Assembly (NCBI RefSeq): GCF_001194135.2
Contig: NC_068987.1
Coordinates: forward strand, 65,584,107-65,622,952
Reading direction: 5' to 3'
Length of the DNA: 38,846 bases
DNA from: Octopus bimaculoides
Taxonomy: Eukaryota
Part shown: positions 37,470 to 38,846 of the stretch, piece after piece
How positions within the stretch are numbered: the stretch's first letter is position 1
How the letters are laid out: every line of letters starts with the position of its first letter
The notes under the pieces: generated by a model
What the model saw: only the letters and a program-made list of their open reading frames with translations
Told to the model about the DNA's origin: nothing
Database searches by the model: none
Translations under genes and position numbers: made by a program

Positions 37470-38085
37470 ATTATGTGCGTGTTTTTTGTTTGTTTTTATC
37501 CCTCACTGCTTGACAACCAGTCCTAGTTTGTGAACGTCCTTGTCTCCTAATAGTTCGGGAAACAAAGACCAATAAAATAATCATTATATTCAATATAAGT
37601 ACCAATGCCAGTTTGTCCCTCCAACCCTTGAAAGTGACCTGCATATGATGCACTCCAGCGACTGGGATATGGTAGTATGAATCAGCGATCGACCTTTCAA
37701 TTTATTGTTTTGTGCACCATCGATGAACTATTCCACCCACGCTTTATTAATTGCATTTGGTCCAAATCCAATTTTTGAAATGTTTATGCATTTGGTATAA
37801 ATGTATGAAGTAAGAGTCCATTCCATGATTTCTCAGTTCTGATGTATAAATAGATAGCAAAACATCCTTCCACTTAACTCAGTAGATTTCCAGAATAAAG
37901 GTGGGGGAATATTTTGATATACTTATTTGATTTGTTTTTATATTCTGTTTTTTTTTGTGTATAATGTATTTAATTGTTTTTTCATTTATTTGTTTTCTTT
38001 TTCTCCAAAATTAGTATCTTGTTCTTGTTTGACACATTCTAATCAAAGAGAGAAAGATAGAGAGAGATAAGAGAAGAAAGGCTGA

Positions 38086-38138
<53 letters not shown>

Positions 38139-38650
38139 GGAGCATGACGGAGGTAGAGAAGAAACATTATATTCAACTAACTATAAATAATATGAAAAAA
38201 CAAAACAAAACCACCCTAAACAAGCCAAAAGAAAAAGAGAGCAATGAACTTAAAGCTTAAGCTTCGTTTTATCGATTTTCTGTCAATATTGATTATTACA
38301 ATTGGCAGCATCAAATAGAAATCATACAACATTAGTTATGTATGTGTAATGTCTTTGTATAAATATCTAACTCACATTTCTGATGGATTTGGTTGGGTCG
38401 GATTTGATTTCTGTTTGGTTGGTGGTTAGTTCACTGATTTTGATCAATGGCGGGTATGAGTGCAGGTTGGCAGCGGAAAGGCAAAGGTTGGAGGTGGAGA
38501 TAGAATGGGAATGTTGGGATAGGAAGAATAGAATAGGATAGGAGAGGATAGGATTCGATCAAACGAACAAGACGCGATATCCGATACTAAAACAAGTGAT
38601 TTCCCCTTCTAACATTTGCTGGCGTTATTCCAATTGCAAATATTAGATTT

Positions 38651-38652
<2 letters not shown>

Positions 38653-38717
<65 letters not shown>
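38653..38717. repeat. (AAT)n microsatellite
   Basis: Direct reading; source of the poly-Leu pseudo-ORF. Confidence 0.95.
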
Positions 38718-38721
<4 letters not shown>

Positions 38722-38804
38722 CCACAATTCTTTCATTATGAAATGTTCGCTTACCAAATTTTTCTCGCTCTACTTCCTTTTTCCGTTCACTTCCCACATA
38801 AACA

Positions 38805-38846
<42 letters not shown>

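Overview
AT-rich, microsatellite-dense eukaryotic DNA with six N-gaps and no host protein-coding gene I can support. The tRNA-derived and CORE-type SINE families match ones I recall from octopod cephalopods, so Octopus is the likely source (inference). Identifiable content is mostly retroelement: a ~3.4 kb decayed R4/Dong-like LINE, older R4-like, RTE and CR1/L2-like fragments, many SINEs and a mariner-like TIR stub. The main unexplained structure is three Penelope-like (PLE) GIY-YIG endonuclease remnants (11.1-12.5 kb, 30.6-32.0 kb, 33.4-34.4 kb). None retains the RT core. Each has a sense hammerhead ribozyme (HHR) motif downstream and an antisense HHR or partial HHR upstream. The 11.3 kb copy keeps an uninterrupted endonuclease frame between two unrelated hammerheads. 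Further HHR-like and long-hairpin elements lie at 0.15-0.49, 18.0, 20.6 and 34.4 kb. All alignments and folds were done by eye; no searches were run.
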